The notes: a model not told the origin generated them from the letters alone. Shown: positions 34,001-47,250, counted from the first letter of the stretch. The stretch is 64,000 nucleotides of DNA from Macrostomum lignano (GCA_002269645.1 NIVC01000925.1:62001-126000); one strand, 5' to 3'. Translations and numbers: made by a program.

Positions 34001-34705
34001 CCTGCTAGACCATCAGCTCAATCTGGAACGGGAGAGCGCCAAAGCTGCCGCCGCCCTGTGGCTAGCCAGAGCCCAGCTGGGCATGCAGCCAGTGTGGCCG
34101 CAGCACCTCAGCTATAGCACCGCCTGGACCGAGCTGGAGCTCATGCCCATTGTCCGGCAAATCAACGCTCTGTCCGCTAAGCAGCTGGCGCCTGATGGAC
34201 CTCGACCGCAGAGTACTACCTTTCTCAAGTACTCCAACGCGTGAGTCTCCTCTTTGCCTCGGCTTTCGTAACGGGTCTCAAACTGCATCTCCCGTCTCTA
34301 CACTGCATCTCCCGTCTCTACACTGCATCTCCCGTCTCTACACTGCATCTCCCGTCTACCCTTCATCTCCTGTCTCTGCCCTGCATTTCCCGTCTCTACC
34401 CTTTATCTCCCGTCCGTCTCCACCCCTCATCTCCCGTCTCTACCCTGCATCTCCCGCCTCTACCCTTTATCTCCCGTTTCTACCCTGCATCTCCCGTATA
34501 CATTTTCTATGTATGTTTTCTTCCCAGTTCATTCAACCATTTTATCCGTATAAATGGACATAATCCTGATTCCAATTCAATTCCTTTATAAAAAACAAAT
34601 TATGATGTTACACAATATTTCAGCATATTCCGCAAGGTGGCCCTGACTCCCGCTTTGCCGGCCGACAGCGACCTGCTCAAATTGGATGGGCAGCCTAGCG
34701 AGTAA
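31040..34705 (+). CDS. CCNB3: Cyclin B3-like G2/M cyclin, divergent, 506 aa
   Basis: Exons 31040-31746, 32309-32615, 33430-33596, 33983-34240 and 34624-34705; all GT-AG and phase-consistent (1521 nt). D-box RRALNSLSN; cyclin box DWLV...ELNYETLYLTVKL, ASKKEE, MEQQIL; C-terminal YLLELTLLD...AAAALWLAR and KYSNAIFRKVA, typical of B3. Confidence 0.85.
31795..32275. repeat. 18/22-bp minisatellite (TAGCAACCTGTGCTATTTACCA) in cyclin intron 1
   Basis: Tandem units containing the TAGCA-ACCTG-TGCTA hairpin. Confidence 0.9.
32720..33225. repeat. 21-bp minisatellite (TTTGATCCTATCGGGTCTGTA) in cyclin intron 2
   Basis: About 24 units; source of the spurious VFDPIGS ORF. Confidence 0.95.
33655..33862. repeat. 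About 46-bp tandem repeat in cyclin intron 3
   Basis: AATTAGGCA...AAATAT(T/C)CAAGCTAATTATG, 4-5 copies. Confidence 0.8.
34283..34498. repeat. 20-bp minisatellite (ACTGCATCTCCCGTCTCTAC) in cyclin intron 4
   Basis: About 10 progressively diverging units. Confidence 0.85.
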
Positions 34706-35189
34706 ACAACAAATTGACCTTCATTTGCTCTCTGGCCAGACTTTATTAAGCTGCAATATTATTTTCATTTTATTTGTATCACACCTGTAATTTCTCAGCG
34801 ACCATTTTAATTAGAATTATTAACAATTTATACATAAGTCTTAGCATTTTTTGCAACTTACCTGCTAATAGGTTTTTATTATTATTGTTAATGCTTTGTG
34901 TCAATCCGAAATACTGGGTGTCTAATACTTCTTTTCCATCTGCTGCTACCCATGCTATTGCGGCTGTTAATCAGCCTATTTATATAATCGCTGATTGTTG
35001 TGCGCTCCTGCCCGCATTATATATTACTGGCAGTGATATATCCAACCATCAATACTTTCATGCTATTTCTTTCATTCTTTCAGTCTGATGCAGCTGTGGC
35101 TTAACCGCACTGATCTACTTGATACATTGCCCTGAGAATGGCCCAGACCCCGCAATTTAGCTTTTGATAGCGCTTCTCATCGTGGGAAT

Positions 35190-36895
35190 CTTCGCTCCTC
35201 CAATCTCATCCTGAGAATTGTCTCTTATCTCATCCTGAGAATTGTCTCCAATCTCATCCTGAAAATTTTGTCTCTAATCTCATCCTGAGAATTGTCTCTT
35301 ATCTCATTCTAAGAATTGTCTTCAATCTCATCCTGAGAATTGTCTCCAATCTCATCCTGAGAATTGTCTCTAATCTCATCCTGAGAATTGTCTCTAATCT
35401 CATCCTGAGAATTGTCTCCAATCTCATCTTGAGAATTGTCTCTTATCTCATCCTGAGAATAGTCTCTTATCTCATTTTAAGAATTGTCTTCAATCTCATC
35501 CTGAGAATTGTCTCCAATCTCATCCTGAGAATTGTCTCTAATCTCATCCTGAGAATTGTCTCCAATCTCATCTTGAGAATTGTCTCTTATCTCATCCTGA
35601 GAATTGTCTCTTATCTCATTCTAAGAATTGTCTTCAATCTCATCCTGAGAATTGTCTCCAATCTCATCCTGAGAATTGTCTCTAATCTCATCCTGAGAAT
35701 TGTCTCTAATCTCATCCTGAGAATCGTCTCCAATCTCATCTTGAGAATTGTCTCTTATCTCATCCTGAGAATAGTCTCTTATCTCATTCTAAGAATTGTC
35801 TTTAATCTCATCCTGAGAATTGTCTTTAATCTCATCCTGAGAATTGTCTTCAATCTCATACTGAGAATTATCTCTAATCTCATACTGAGAATTGTCTCTA
35901 ATCTCATTCTAAGAATTGTATCCAATATCACACTGAGAATTGTCTCTAATCTCATCCTGAGAATTGTCTCTAATCTCATTCTAAGAATTGTATCCAATAT
36001 CACACTGAGAATTGTCTCTAATCTCATCCTGAGAATTGTCTCTAATCTCATCCTGAGAATTGTCTCTAATCTCATCCTGAGAATTGTCTGTAATCTCATT
36101 CTAAGAATTGTATCCAATATCACACTGAGAATTGTCTCTAATCTCATCCTGAGAATTGTCTTTAATCCCATCCTGAGAATTGTCTCTAATCTCATCCTGA
36201 GAATTGTCTTTAATCCCATCCTGAGAATTGTCTTCAATCTCATACTGAGAATTATCTCTAATCTCATACTGAGAATTGTCTTCAATCTCATACTGAGAAT
36301 TATCTCTAATCTCATCCTGAGAATTGTCTTTAATCTCATCCTGAGAATTGTCTTTAATCTCATACTGAGAATTATCTCTAATCTCATACTGAGAATTGTC
36401 TCTAATCTCATCCTGAGAATTGTCTCTAATCTCATTCTAAGAATTGTATCCAATATCACACTGAGAATTGTCTCTAATCTCATCCTGAGAATTGTCTCTA
36501 ATCTCATCCTGAGAATTGTCTTCAATCTCATTCTAAGAGTTGTATCCACTATCACACTGAGAATTGTCTCTAATCTCCTCCTAAGAGTTGTCTCTAATCT
36601 CATCCTGAGAATTGTCTCTAATCTAATCCTGAGAATTGTCTCTAATCTCATTCTAAGAATTGTATCCAATATCACACTGAGAATTGTCTCTAATCTCATC
36701 CTGAGAATTGTCTCTAATCTCATCCTGAGAATTGTCTTCAATCTCATTCTAAGAGTTGTATCCACTATCACACTGAGAATTGTCTCTAATCTCCTCCTAA
36801 GAGTTGTCTCTAATCTCATCCTGAGAATTGTCTCTAATCTAATCCTGAGAATTGTCTCTAATCTCATCCTGGGAATTGTCTCTAATCTCATCCCT
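35190..36895. repeat. 24-bp minisatellite (AATCTCATCCTGAGAATTGTCTCT)
   Basis: About 70 units; stop-free in one frame on each strand, giving the spurious NLILRIVS and MRLETIL ORFs. Confidence 0.96.
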
Positions 36896-37679
36896 TGAAA
36901 ATCGAATCGCTCTCCAATTTCCCTTGGAGAGTCAGTTGAAAGTGGGTCTAAGAGTCAGCTGCCTGCAGCATCAGCAAATTCCGCGATATGCCTGTGTGAG
37001 CATTTTGTCACTTTTTCAAAGACAAAGCTGCCTTCCATTTATCGGAAATTTATTTGAATGCGCTCGCTACAAAAGGTTTCTAATTTTGTCAAAAAAAACT
37101 TCTTTCGTCCCTGCAGCAGTTAAAATTGGCTCGCAGTTGACAGCATGATTTTTCTTCTATTTTCTATTTTTTGTATCCGGTTTATCGCTATGACTTTTAT
37201 CGCAGCCCAAGTCGCTTGTCCCATGTCTCAACAATTCAATCCCAGTGTTGTAATTGAAATTATCATTCTATTTTTTTATAATTTTATTTTATCCATCTTT
37301 ACGCACCGACCATCCCTTGGCACGCATTTTCAATGTCGTTAAAAAATCCATAATTTTCGTATATTATATTATTACTAATATAATTATTGCATCAAATATG
37401 TCGACTGCTGCTTAGTAGGGTAATAAAAGCATTAATAAACAAGTAAAAATATGCCAATAATAATATTAGTGCAACCATAATGCAGCAATTCTTTTCAACT
37501 TGTCAGTAACAATAATTATTATTATTCTAATATTTCGACTGTCGGCAACTCCTTGCATTGTCAGTTATTCATTATTTATTTATTTATTTTAAAATTGTCT
37601 CTAATCCCTCCCCTGAAAATCTTGGAATTCAAAACGTTCCAAATTTGAGAAATTTAGTAGGTATACTCACTGTGCTGCC

Positions 37680-38835
37680 ACCGCCACCCTCCCAGACCCC
37701 AGGCTCAGCCACCGCCCTCCCAGACCCCAGGCTCAGCCACCGCCCTCCCAGACCCCAGGCTCAGCCACCGCCCTCCCAGACCCCAGGCTCAGCCACCGCC
37801 CTCCCAGACCCCAGGCTCAGCCACCGCCCTCCCAGACCCCAGGCTCAGCCACCGCCCTCCCAGACCCCAGGCTCAGCCACCGCCCTCCCAGACCCCAGAC
37901 TCAGCCACCGCCCTCCCAGACCCCAGACTCAGCCACCGCCCTCCCAGACCCCAGGCTCAGCCACCGCCCTCCCAGACCCCAGACTCAGCCACCGCCCTCC
38001 CAGACCCCAGGCTCAGCCACCGCCCTCCCAGACCCCAGGCTCAGCCACCGCCCTCCCAGACCCCAGGCTCAGCCACCGCCCTCCCAGACCCCAGGCTCAG
38101 CCACCGCCCTCCCAGACCCAAGGCTCAGCCACCGCCCTCCCAGACCCCAGGCTCAGCCACCGCCCTCCCAGACCCCAGACTCAGCCACCGCCCTCCCAGA
38201 CCCCAGGCTCAGCCACCGCCCTCCCAGACCCCAGGCTCAGCCACCGCCCTCCCAGACCCCAGACTCAGCCACCGCCCTCCCAGACCCCAGGCTCAGCCAC
38301 CGCCCTCCCAGACCCCAGGCTCAGCCACCGCCCTCCCAGACCCCAGGCTCAGCCACCGCCCTCCCAGACCCCAGACTCACCCACCGCCCTCCCAGACCCC
38401 AGGCTCAGCCACCGCCCTCCCAGACCCCAGGCTCAGCCACCGCCCTCCCAGACCCCAGGCTCAGCCACCGCCCTCCCAGACCCCAGACTCACCCACCGCC
38501 CTCCCAGACCCCAGGCTCAGCCACTGCCACCCTCCCAAACCCCAGGCTCAGCCACTGCCACCCTCCCAGACCCCAGGCTCAGCCACCGCCACCCTCCCAG
38601 ACCCCAGGCTCAGCCACCGCCCTCCCAGACCCCAGGCTCAGCCACCGCCACCCTCCCAGACCCCAGGCTCAGCCACCGCCCTCCCAGACCCCAGGCTCAG
38701 CCACCGCCCTCCCAGACCCCAGACTCAGCCACCGCCACCTTTCCAAACCCCAGACTCAGCCACCGCCCTCCCAGACCCCAGGCTCAGCCGCCGCCCTCCC
38801 AGACCCCAGGCTCAGCCACCGCCCTCCCAGACCCA
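37680..38835. repeat. 28-bp C-rich minisatellite (CAGCCACCGCCCTCCCAGACCCCAGGCT)
   Basis: About 40 units. Confidence 0.96.
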
Positions 38836-39167
38836 GGTGCAGCAGCCACTCAGCTTACATTATCAGTAGTTGCGCCTCCAGCTGCTCAATATGCAGCCAT
38901 CAGAGGCAAATTCGCACCCAGTTGAGCTCTGATATTGACAGCAGTTCTCACAGTGTCGCATCGGAGTTGGCAGTTTGGGTTGCAAGAGAGACAGCGGCGC
39001 CTCTGCGCTTATCATGGGCCAGCAGTCCGGAACAATGGACCGGCCCGTTAGTCACGAGGCGGACAGGTTTAATGCTGATCCCAGATCCCCAGTTTAAGAA
39101 CTCGATCTGCATCATTGCCTCAGGTTAGACCGCCATTTTCCGTAGCTTGACCAACCTCTCAGATCCC

Positions 39168-39432
39168 TAGTTGCTGGGACAGCCTCCCAGAGTGTCAGTT
39201 GCTGAGCCAGCCTCCCAGAGTGTCAGTTGCTGAGCCAGCCTCCCAGATCCCCAGTTTCTGGGCCAGCCTCCCAGATCTTCAGTTGCTGGACCAGCCTCCC
39301 AGATCCTCAGTTGCTGGGCCAGCCTCCCAGATCCCCAGTTTCTGGGCCAGCCTCCCAGATCTTCAGTTGCTGGACCAGCCTCCCAGATCCTCAGTTGCTG
39401 GGCCAGCCTCCCAGATCCTGAGTTGCTGGGCC
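39168..39432. repeat. 28-bp minisatellite (CCCAGATCCCCAGTTTCTGGGCCAGCCT variants) just upstream of SDS
   Basis: About 9 units; three variants repeat as an 84-bp higher-order unit. Confidence 0.9.
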
Positions 39433-39602
39433 AATATTCTACCAAAAGTCCACTCAATCAATGCCCCAATCAATCAGAACATTCGACAAACAATTCCTAG
39501 GTTCATTTCTAATCTCACAGTTAAAATTGAACGGGTTCCATGTTATAACGAATATTTCATGCTGTACTAACGGAGCATTTAATCTCAGCCACCCAGCTGA
39601 CC

Positions 39603-42600
39603 ATGCCGTTACCGCCGTTGCACGTCCGAACTCCGCTAATTGAGAGTCGCCCCCTGACCGAGGCCCTCGGCCGGCCGGGCTGTCGGGTTTGGCTGAAACT
39701 GGAGAACTGCCAGCCTACCGGGTCGTTCAAGATTCGCGGCATTGGCTGCATGGTGCAAAGGGCCCTCCTAGCGGATAAAGGCTGCAGCCAGGTAGATGCC
39801 GTCCGTGTTTGAGAAATCTTTACGCACAAAAACTGGTCGTTGTGTGCCCTGAGCGAGTTTGCTGGCATACCAATGTCTGCTTGCGTGGCCTCCTGCTCTT
39901 CGTAAATCCCCTAATCCCCATATCAAATCCCCCTATTCCCCAGCTCAAATCCCCTAATCGACTTCTCAAATCTCAATCCCCATCTCAATTCCCTAATCCT
40001 TATATCAAATCTACTAATCCACATATCAAATCCCCTTAATCCTCTTTTTAAATCCCCAATCCCCATATCAAATCCCCTAATCCCCCATCTCAACCCCCCT
40101 AATCGACGTCTAAAATCTCCTCAACCCCATCTCAAATCTCCTAAACCCCATCTGAAATCCCCTAATCGACTTCTCGAATCTCAATCCCCAGCTCAAATCC
40201 CTAATTCTCATATCGAATCCCCTAATCCCCTTCTCGAATCCCCTAATCCCCATCTCAATTCCCCTTATCTCCATCTCAAATCCCCTAATCCCCATAATAA
40301 ATCCCTTGATCCTCATACAAATCCCCTAATTCCAATTTTAAATCCCCTAATTTTCTATCTCAAATCCCCTAATCCCTATCTCAAGTTTCTCTAATGCTCA
40401 TCCCATGCAACTTCCTTAATTTCGATCTTAATAACTCCCATTTATTAAATTCGGTCAGGTCATCAGCAGCAGTGGCGGCAACGCAGGCTTGGCCGCAGCC
40501 TACGCAGCGGCGCACAGCGGCCTGCCCTGCACCGTGGTTGTCCCATCGAGCACCCCGGAGTCCATGCGCAAGCGAGTCTCAGCCGAAGGAGCCCAAGTCC
40601 TGGTGCACGGCTCCGTTTGGAGAGACGCCCACGCTAAAGCGGAAGAATTGGTCAGTGCGACGCCTAACAGCCTGCTGGTGCACCCGTACGACAATCCCGA
40701 CATTTGGGATGGGCATGGCACTCTGGTGGACGAGATTCTGGAGGTATATTGTTTTTCATCTTTGTTAAGGGTATTGCAATGGTCTAAGCTACCAGTCACC
40801 CTACCAGTTTTTCTGGTGGGTTTACCAACCTACCAGATCCTTGGGTTAAGCTACCAGCCAACCTACCAGATCCTCGGGTTAAGTTACCAGCCGACCTACC
40901 AGATCCTTGGGTTAAGCTACCAGCCAACCTACCAGATCCTCGGGTTAAGCCACCAGCCAACCTACCAGATCCTCGGGTTAAGTTACCAGCCGACCTACCA
41001 GATCGTTGGGTTAAGCTACCAGCCAACCTACCAGATCCTTAGGTTAAGCTACCAGCCAACCTACCAGATCCTCGGGTTAAGCTAATAGCCAACCTACCAG
41101 ATCCTTAGGTTAAGCTACCAGCCAACCTACCAGATCCTTAGGTTAAGCTACCAGCCGACCTACCAGATCCTTGGGTTAAGCTACCAGCCAACCTACCAGA
41201 TCTTTGGGTTAAGCTAACAGCCAACCTACCAGATCCTTAGGTTAAGCTACCAGCCAACCTACCAGATCCTTAGGTTAAGCTACCAGCCGACCTACCAGCT
41301 CCTTGGGTTAAGCTACCAGCCAACCTACCAGATCCTCGGGTTAAGCTAATAGCCAACCTACCAGATCCTTAGGTTAAGCTACCAGCCAACCTACCAGATC
41401 CTTAGGTTAAGCTACCAGCCGACCTACCAGATCCTTGGGTTAAGCTACCAGCCAACCTACCAGATCTTTGGGTTAAGCTAACAGCCAACCTACCAGATCC
41501 TTGGGTTAAGTTACCAGCCGACCTACCAGATCCTTGGGTTAAGCTACCAGCCAACCTACCAGATCCTCGGGTTAAGCTAATAGCCAACCTACCAGATCCT
41601 TAGGTTAAGCTACCAGCCAACCTACCAGATCCTCGGGTTAAGCTACCAGCCAACCTACCAGATCCTTGGGTTAAGCTACCAGCCAACCTACCAGATCTTT
41701 GGGTTAAGCTAACAGCCAACCTACCAGATCCTTAGGTTAAGCTACCAGCCAACCTACCAGATCCTTAGGTTAAGCTACCAGCCGACCTACCAGCTCCTTG
41801 GGTTAAGCTACCAGCCAACCTACCAGATCCTCGGGTTAAGCCACCAGCCAACCTACCAGATCTTTGGGTTAAGCTAATAGCCAACCTACCAGATCCTTAG
41901 GTTAAGCTACCAGCCAACCTACCAGATCCTCGGGTTAAGCTACCAGCCAACCTACCAGATCCTCGGGTTAAGCTACCAGCCAACCTACCAGATCCTCGGG
42001 TTAAGCTAATAGCCAACCTACCAGATCCTTAGGTTAAGCTACCAGCCAACCTACCAGATTCTCGGGTTAAGCCACCAGCCAACCTACCAGATCCTCGGGT
42101 TAAGTTACCAGCCGACCTACCAGATCCTTGGGTTAAGCTACCAGCCAACCTACCAGATCCTTGGGTTAAGCTACCAGCCAACCTACCAGATCCTCGGGTT
42201 AAGCTAATAGCCAACCTACCAGATCTTTGGGTTAAGCTACCAGCCAACCTACCAGATCCCTAGGTTAAGCTACCAGCCGACCTACCAGATCCTTAGGTTA
42301 AGCTACCAGCCAACCTACCAGATCCTTAGGTTAAGCTACCAGCCGACCTACCAGCTTCTTGGGTTAAGCTACCAGCCAACCTACCAGATCCTCGGGTTAA
42401 GCTACCAGCCAACCTACCAGATCCTCGGGTTAAGCTAATAGCCAACCTACCAGATCCTCGGGTTAAGCTACCAGCCAACCTACCAGATCCTCGGGTTAAG
42501 CTAATAGCCAACCTACCAGATCCTTAGGTTAAGCTACCAGCCAACCTACCAGATCCTTAGGTTAAGCTACCAGCCAACCTACCAGATCTTTGGGTTAAGC

Positions 42601-45038
42601 TAACAGCCAACCTACCAGATCCTTGGGTTAAGCTACCAGCCAACCTACCAGATCCTTAGGTTAAGCTACCAGCCAACCTACCAGATCCTCGGGTTAAGCT
42701 AATAGCCAACCTACCAGATCCTTAGGTTAAGCTACCAGCCAACCTACCAGATCCTTAGGTTAAGCTACCAGCCGACCTACCAGATCCTTGGGTTAAGCTA
42801 CCAGCCAACCTACCAGATCTTTGGGTTAAGCTAACAGCCAACCTACCAGATCCTTAGGTTAAGCTACCAGCCAACCTACCAGATCCTTAGGTTAAGCTAC
42901 CAGCCGACCTACCAGCTCCTTGGGTTAAGCTACCAGCCAACCTACCAGATCCTCGGGTTAAGCCACCAGCCAACCTACCAGATCTTTGGGTTAAGCTAAT
43001 AGCCAACCTACCAGATCCTTAGGTTAAGCTACCAGCCAACCTACCAGATCCTCGGGTTAAGCTACCAGCCAACCTACCAGATCCTCGGGTTAAGCTACCA
43101 GCCAACCTACCAGATCCTCGGGTTAAGCTAATAGCCAACCTACCAGATCCTTAGGTTAAGCTACCAGCCAACCTACCAGATTCTCGGGTTAAGCCACCAG
43201 CCAACCTACCAGATCCTCGGGTTAAGCTACCAGCCGACCTACCAGATCCTTAGGTTAAGCTACCAGCCAACCTACCAGATCCTTAGGTTAAGCTACCAGC
43301 CGACCTACCAGCTTCTTGGGTTAAGCTACCAGCCAACCTACCAGATCCTCGGGTTAAGCTACCAGCCAACCTACCAGATCCTCGGGTTAAGCTAATAGCC
43401 AACCTACCAGATCCTCGGGTTAAGCTACCAGCCAACCTACCAGATCCTCGGGTTAAGCTAATAGCCAACCTACCAGATCCTTAGGTTAAGCTACCAGCCA
43501 ACCTACCAGATCCTTAGGTTAAGCTACCAGCCAACCTACCAGATCTTTGGGTTAAGCTAACAGCCAACCTACCAGATCCTTGGGTTAAGCTACCAGCCAA
43601 CCTACCAGATCCTTAGGTTAAGCTACCAGCCAACCTACCAGATCCTCGGGTTAAGCTAATAGCCAACATACCAGATCCTTAGGTTAAGCTACCAGCCAAC
43701 CTACCAGATCCTTAGGTTAAGCTACCAGCCGACCTACCAGATCCTTGGGTTAAGCTACCAGCCAACCTACCAGATCTTTGGGTTAAGCTACCAGCCAACC
43801 TACCAGATCCTTAGGTTAAGCTACCAGCCGACCTACCAGCTCCTTGGGTTAAGCTACCAGCCAACCTACCAGATCCTCGGGTTAAGCTAATAGCCAACCT
43901 ACCAGATCCTTAGGTTAAGCTACCAGCCAACCTACCAGATCCTTAGGTTAAGCTACCAGCCGACCTACCAGATCCTTGGGTTAAGCTACCAGCCAACCTA
44001 CCAGATCCTCGGGTTAAGCTAATAGCCAACCTACCAGATCCTTAGGTTAAGCTACCAGCCAACCTACCAGATCCTTAGGTTAAGCTACCAGCCAACCTAC
44101 CAGATCCTCGGGTTAAGCTACCAGCCAACCTTCCAGATCCTTGGGTTAAGCTACTAGCCAACCTACCAGATTCTTGGGTTAAGCTACTAGCCAACCTACC
44201 AGATCTTTGGGTTAAGCTAACAGCCAACCTACCAGATCCTTAGGTTAAGCTACCAGCCAACTTACCATATCCTTGGGTTAAGCTACCAGCCAACCTACCA
44301 TATCCTTGGGTTAAGCTACCAGCCAACCTACCAGATCCTTGGGTTAAGCTACCAGCCAACTTACCAGATCCTCGGGTTAAGCTACCAGCCAACCTACCAG
44401 ATCCTCGGGTTAAGCTACTAGCCAACCTACCAGATCCTCGGGTTAAGCTACCAGCCAACCTACCAGATCCTCACTTTCCCAGCCCTTTCAACACGTCTGC
44501 AGCTCTCTTCTATCCCCCTTCCCCCATCGCAACGCAGCCCGGCAGCGGCCTCAGCTCCCCTCCATCGGCCATCGTAGTGGCTGTGGGCGGCGGCGGCCTT
44601 CTGTGCGGCATTGCTCGCGCTTTCCAACGTCGCGGCCTCTATCCGAATTTAATTGCCGCCGAAACAGTCGGAGCCAATTGTTTGTCGGTTGCTATGGCAA
44701 CTGGGCACCCGGTTACGCTTCCGGGTATTACGTCAAAAGCTACGAGTTTAGGCGCATCGCAGATCTGCTCTTCGACTTGGACTACTGTGCAAGAATTCGG
44801 CGATAAGGCCTCCTGTGTTGTTTGCACAGATGCTGAGGCGGCTGCGGCTTCCTGGCGGTTTCTAGAAGATCATCACATGCTGACGGAGACTGCCTGCGGC
44901 GCCGCTCTGTCCGTAGTGTACAACAGTCGGGTGCCGGAGACTGCGCTATCCAATGGCGGCGATATTGTTGTGGTAGTTTGCGGTGGCCGAAATGTGACAG
45001 TTAGTCAGTTGTCCGAACTGGCTGGACTCGATTCTTGA
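39603..45038 (+). CDS. SDS: L-serine/threonine dehydratase (SDS/SDSL family, PLP-dependent fold II), 324 aa
   Basis: Exons 39603-39791, 40459-40743 and 44538-45038, all phase 0, GT-AG. KLENCQPTGSFKIRG (PLP lysine), SSGGNAG, HPYDNPDIWDGH, VAVGGGGLLCG, ETACGA, VVCGG. Confidence 0.95.
39900..40395. repeat. Degenerate ~21-bp repeat (AAATCCCCTAATCCCCATCTC) in SDS intron 1
   Basis: Recurrent AAATCCCCTAATC. Confidence 0.85.
40825..44472. repeat. 33-bp minisatellite (CCAACCTACCAGATCCTYRGGTTAAGCTACCAG) filling SDS intron 2
   Basis: About 110 units occupying ~3.65 kb of a 3.79-kb intron. Confidence 0.97.
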
Positions 45039-45060
45039 CTAGTTTTTGGCTCGAATTTAG

Positions 45061-45510
45061 TTTCTTAGAAAGCAATATTTGAAGGCTGACTCTATACCTA
45101 AAGTACATTTAGCGACGGGTGACTTGTTTCTTAGAAAACAATATTTGAGGGCCGACTCTATTCCTAAAAGTACATTTAGCGACGGGTGACTTGTTACTTA
45201 GAAAACAATATTTGAGGGCCGACTCTATTCCTAAAAGTACATTTAGCGACGGGTGACTTGTTTCTTAGAAAGCAATATTTAAGAGCCGAATCTATGCCTA
45301 AAGTACATTTAGCGACGGGTGACTTTTGTTTTTTAGAAAACAATATTTGAGAGCCGAATATATGCCTAAAAGTACATTTATCGACGGGTGACTTTGTTTT
45401 TTAGAAAACAATATTTGAGGGCCGACTCTATTTCTAAAAGTACATTTAGCGAAGAGTGACTTTTTTTCTTAGAAAACAATATTTGAAGGCCGACTCTATG
45501 CCTAAAAGTA
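45061..45510. repeat. About 67-bp tandem repeat immediately 3' of the SDS stop
   Basis: TTAGAA at 45065, 45131, 45198, 45265...; about 7 copies. Confidence 0.9.
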
Positions 45511-46131
45511 CTTTTTAATAAGTATGGACTGCAAGGACTACTCAAGTAGAAGGGCAGGAAACTACGTTTCTTAAAAAGTTAAATTACGAAAAAAGGGTAT
45601 TTCATTTTCAGCACAAAATATCGTAATTGGTTTCGATATGAGGCAGGCTGAATGTTTATCTTTTGATATGACTTGCCTTTTTTAATAGCTCTATTAGATC
45701 TATTAGAAAGCTTCATACAAAAAATATAGCAATAAAGCAGACATATTTTATTCTTTGCTATCGTAAAGTTATACTTGTTTACAGATTGATGTGTTATATT
45801 TTAAATTTAAACATGATTTCTCCCAATTAATTAACTTACATAATGCGCCACTTTTTAGAAAAATTAATATTCTCTAGATTTATTATAATTATATAACTGT
45901 CGGTTGAAGGTAGCCCAATCCAGTTTCCAAGCATTGCTAATTAACCCAACTTTAGTCATTTTGTCTTGTTAACAAGTTTGCTTTAATAAGATTGTTAGTT
46001 TTATTTTATTAATTACCTTAATACACTCAATGCACATTTAATTTGATGGGTCTTGATAGCTATGAATCAATTGCTCATTTTACTCAGCTGAGATGGGACC
46101 ATCACATCAAATCGTCGAAAAGTTTAGCAAA

Positions 46132-46390
46132 CACCATCATAAGCTCGACAAGTCACATCGTCGAAAACTGATTTAGCATCCTCCATTTAGCATCCTCCAA
46201 TCTCGAAAAGTAGGGTTAGGGTTAGGTTAGGGTTAGTGCTTGTGCCCTAGGGTTAGGTTAGGGTTTAGGATTAGTGCCTTAGGGTTAGGGTTCGGGGTTA
46301 GGGTTAGGGTCGGTGTCTTAGGGTTAGAGCTAGAGATGGTGGTTGCTAAATCAGTTTTCGACGTTGTGACTTTTCGAGCTTGTGATGGCG
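46132..46390. mobile_element. MITE-like element: 55-bp inverted repeats enclosing a degenerate (TTAGGG)n core
   Basis: 46132-46186 vs reverse complement of 46336-46390 match 49/55; core 46211-46327 is TTAGGG-rich; no TSD seen. Confidence 0.65.
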
Positions 46391-46394
46391 ACCC

Positions 46395-46655
46395 GAAGAG
46401 AAGGGGAGGAGAGGAGAGAGCGGTGAACTTGAAGACACGCAAATGAGAAAGAGAATCAAGGGGAGAGAAGATTATGGAGGAGAGTTGAGGTGAGATAAAA
46501 GGAGAGAGAGAAGGTGAGGGGAGAGGAGACGAGAGAAGATGAGGGGAGAGGAGACGAGAGAAGATGGAGGGAGAGGAGACGAGAGAAGATGGGGGGTAGG
46601 AGACGAGAGAAGGGGAGACGAGATGAGAGGAGAAGTGAGAAGAGAAGAGCAACTC
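46395..46655. repeat. GA-rich polypurine tract
   Basis: GAGAGGAGACGAGAGAAGATG-like repeats. Confidence 0.8.
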
Positions 46656-47250
46656 AACAAAGAAAGAGCCGACCGTACTGACTGATTGTAGCCAATTGTC
46701 CGTAATATTTTCATGACATCAACTTCAAATAGTGATTATGATTCGACTCTTAAGTCTTTAATTTCTTACAATGTTTTAAACCAGGCTTAACTACGAGCTA
46801 TGTTTCAAAGTCGAAAAATCTGCTTAAGTGTTGGGAATATATTTAATAATTAATAAAACTGAGGGTTAAAATTTATTTATTACAATTAATTAATAAACAT
46901 CAGTTGAAATAAAAAGGGAACACACACTGACACGGCCTATGGTTGAACTACAAAAAAATGGTTCAACATTTGATAAGCTCGATTAATTAGGTATTTGTTT
47001 GTCTTATTGGGTGAGCAAAACTTCAATGATGATATTGTATCGTGTAAAGTCTAACTGACTAAAAGCTACATTTTCTACTCGTATTTGATTTCATAATTGC
47101 TTGCTTCAAAGGAAATGACCATAGAAATCGGAATTCATAGAAGGTCTGGCCATAGACACTTCAGTCTCTTCCTTCAGTTACTAGAGCCTAGGGGGCAAGA
47201 CGTCTTGCTTGTTTCATTTGGAATTTGGAAGGCTTGAAATTCTGAGAAAC

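Noticed and set aside
35429-36898. 489-aa (+) and 370-aa (-) ORFs
   Set aside because: Products of the 24-bp tandem repeat
37558-38925. 455-aa proline-rich, mucin/extensin-like ORF
   Set aside because: The 28-bp unit is not a multiple of 3, the 28-aa peptide cycles through all three frames of the unit, and the start lies in AT-rich DNA
38952-39115. Possible minus-strand first exon (MMQIEFLNWGSGISIKPVRL...) with a GTGAGA donor, head-to-head with SDS
   Set aside because: No in-phase downstream exon found (candidates hit stops) and no homology recognised
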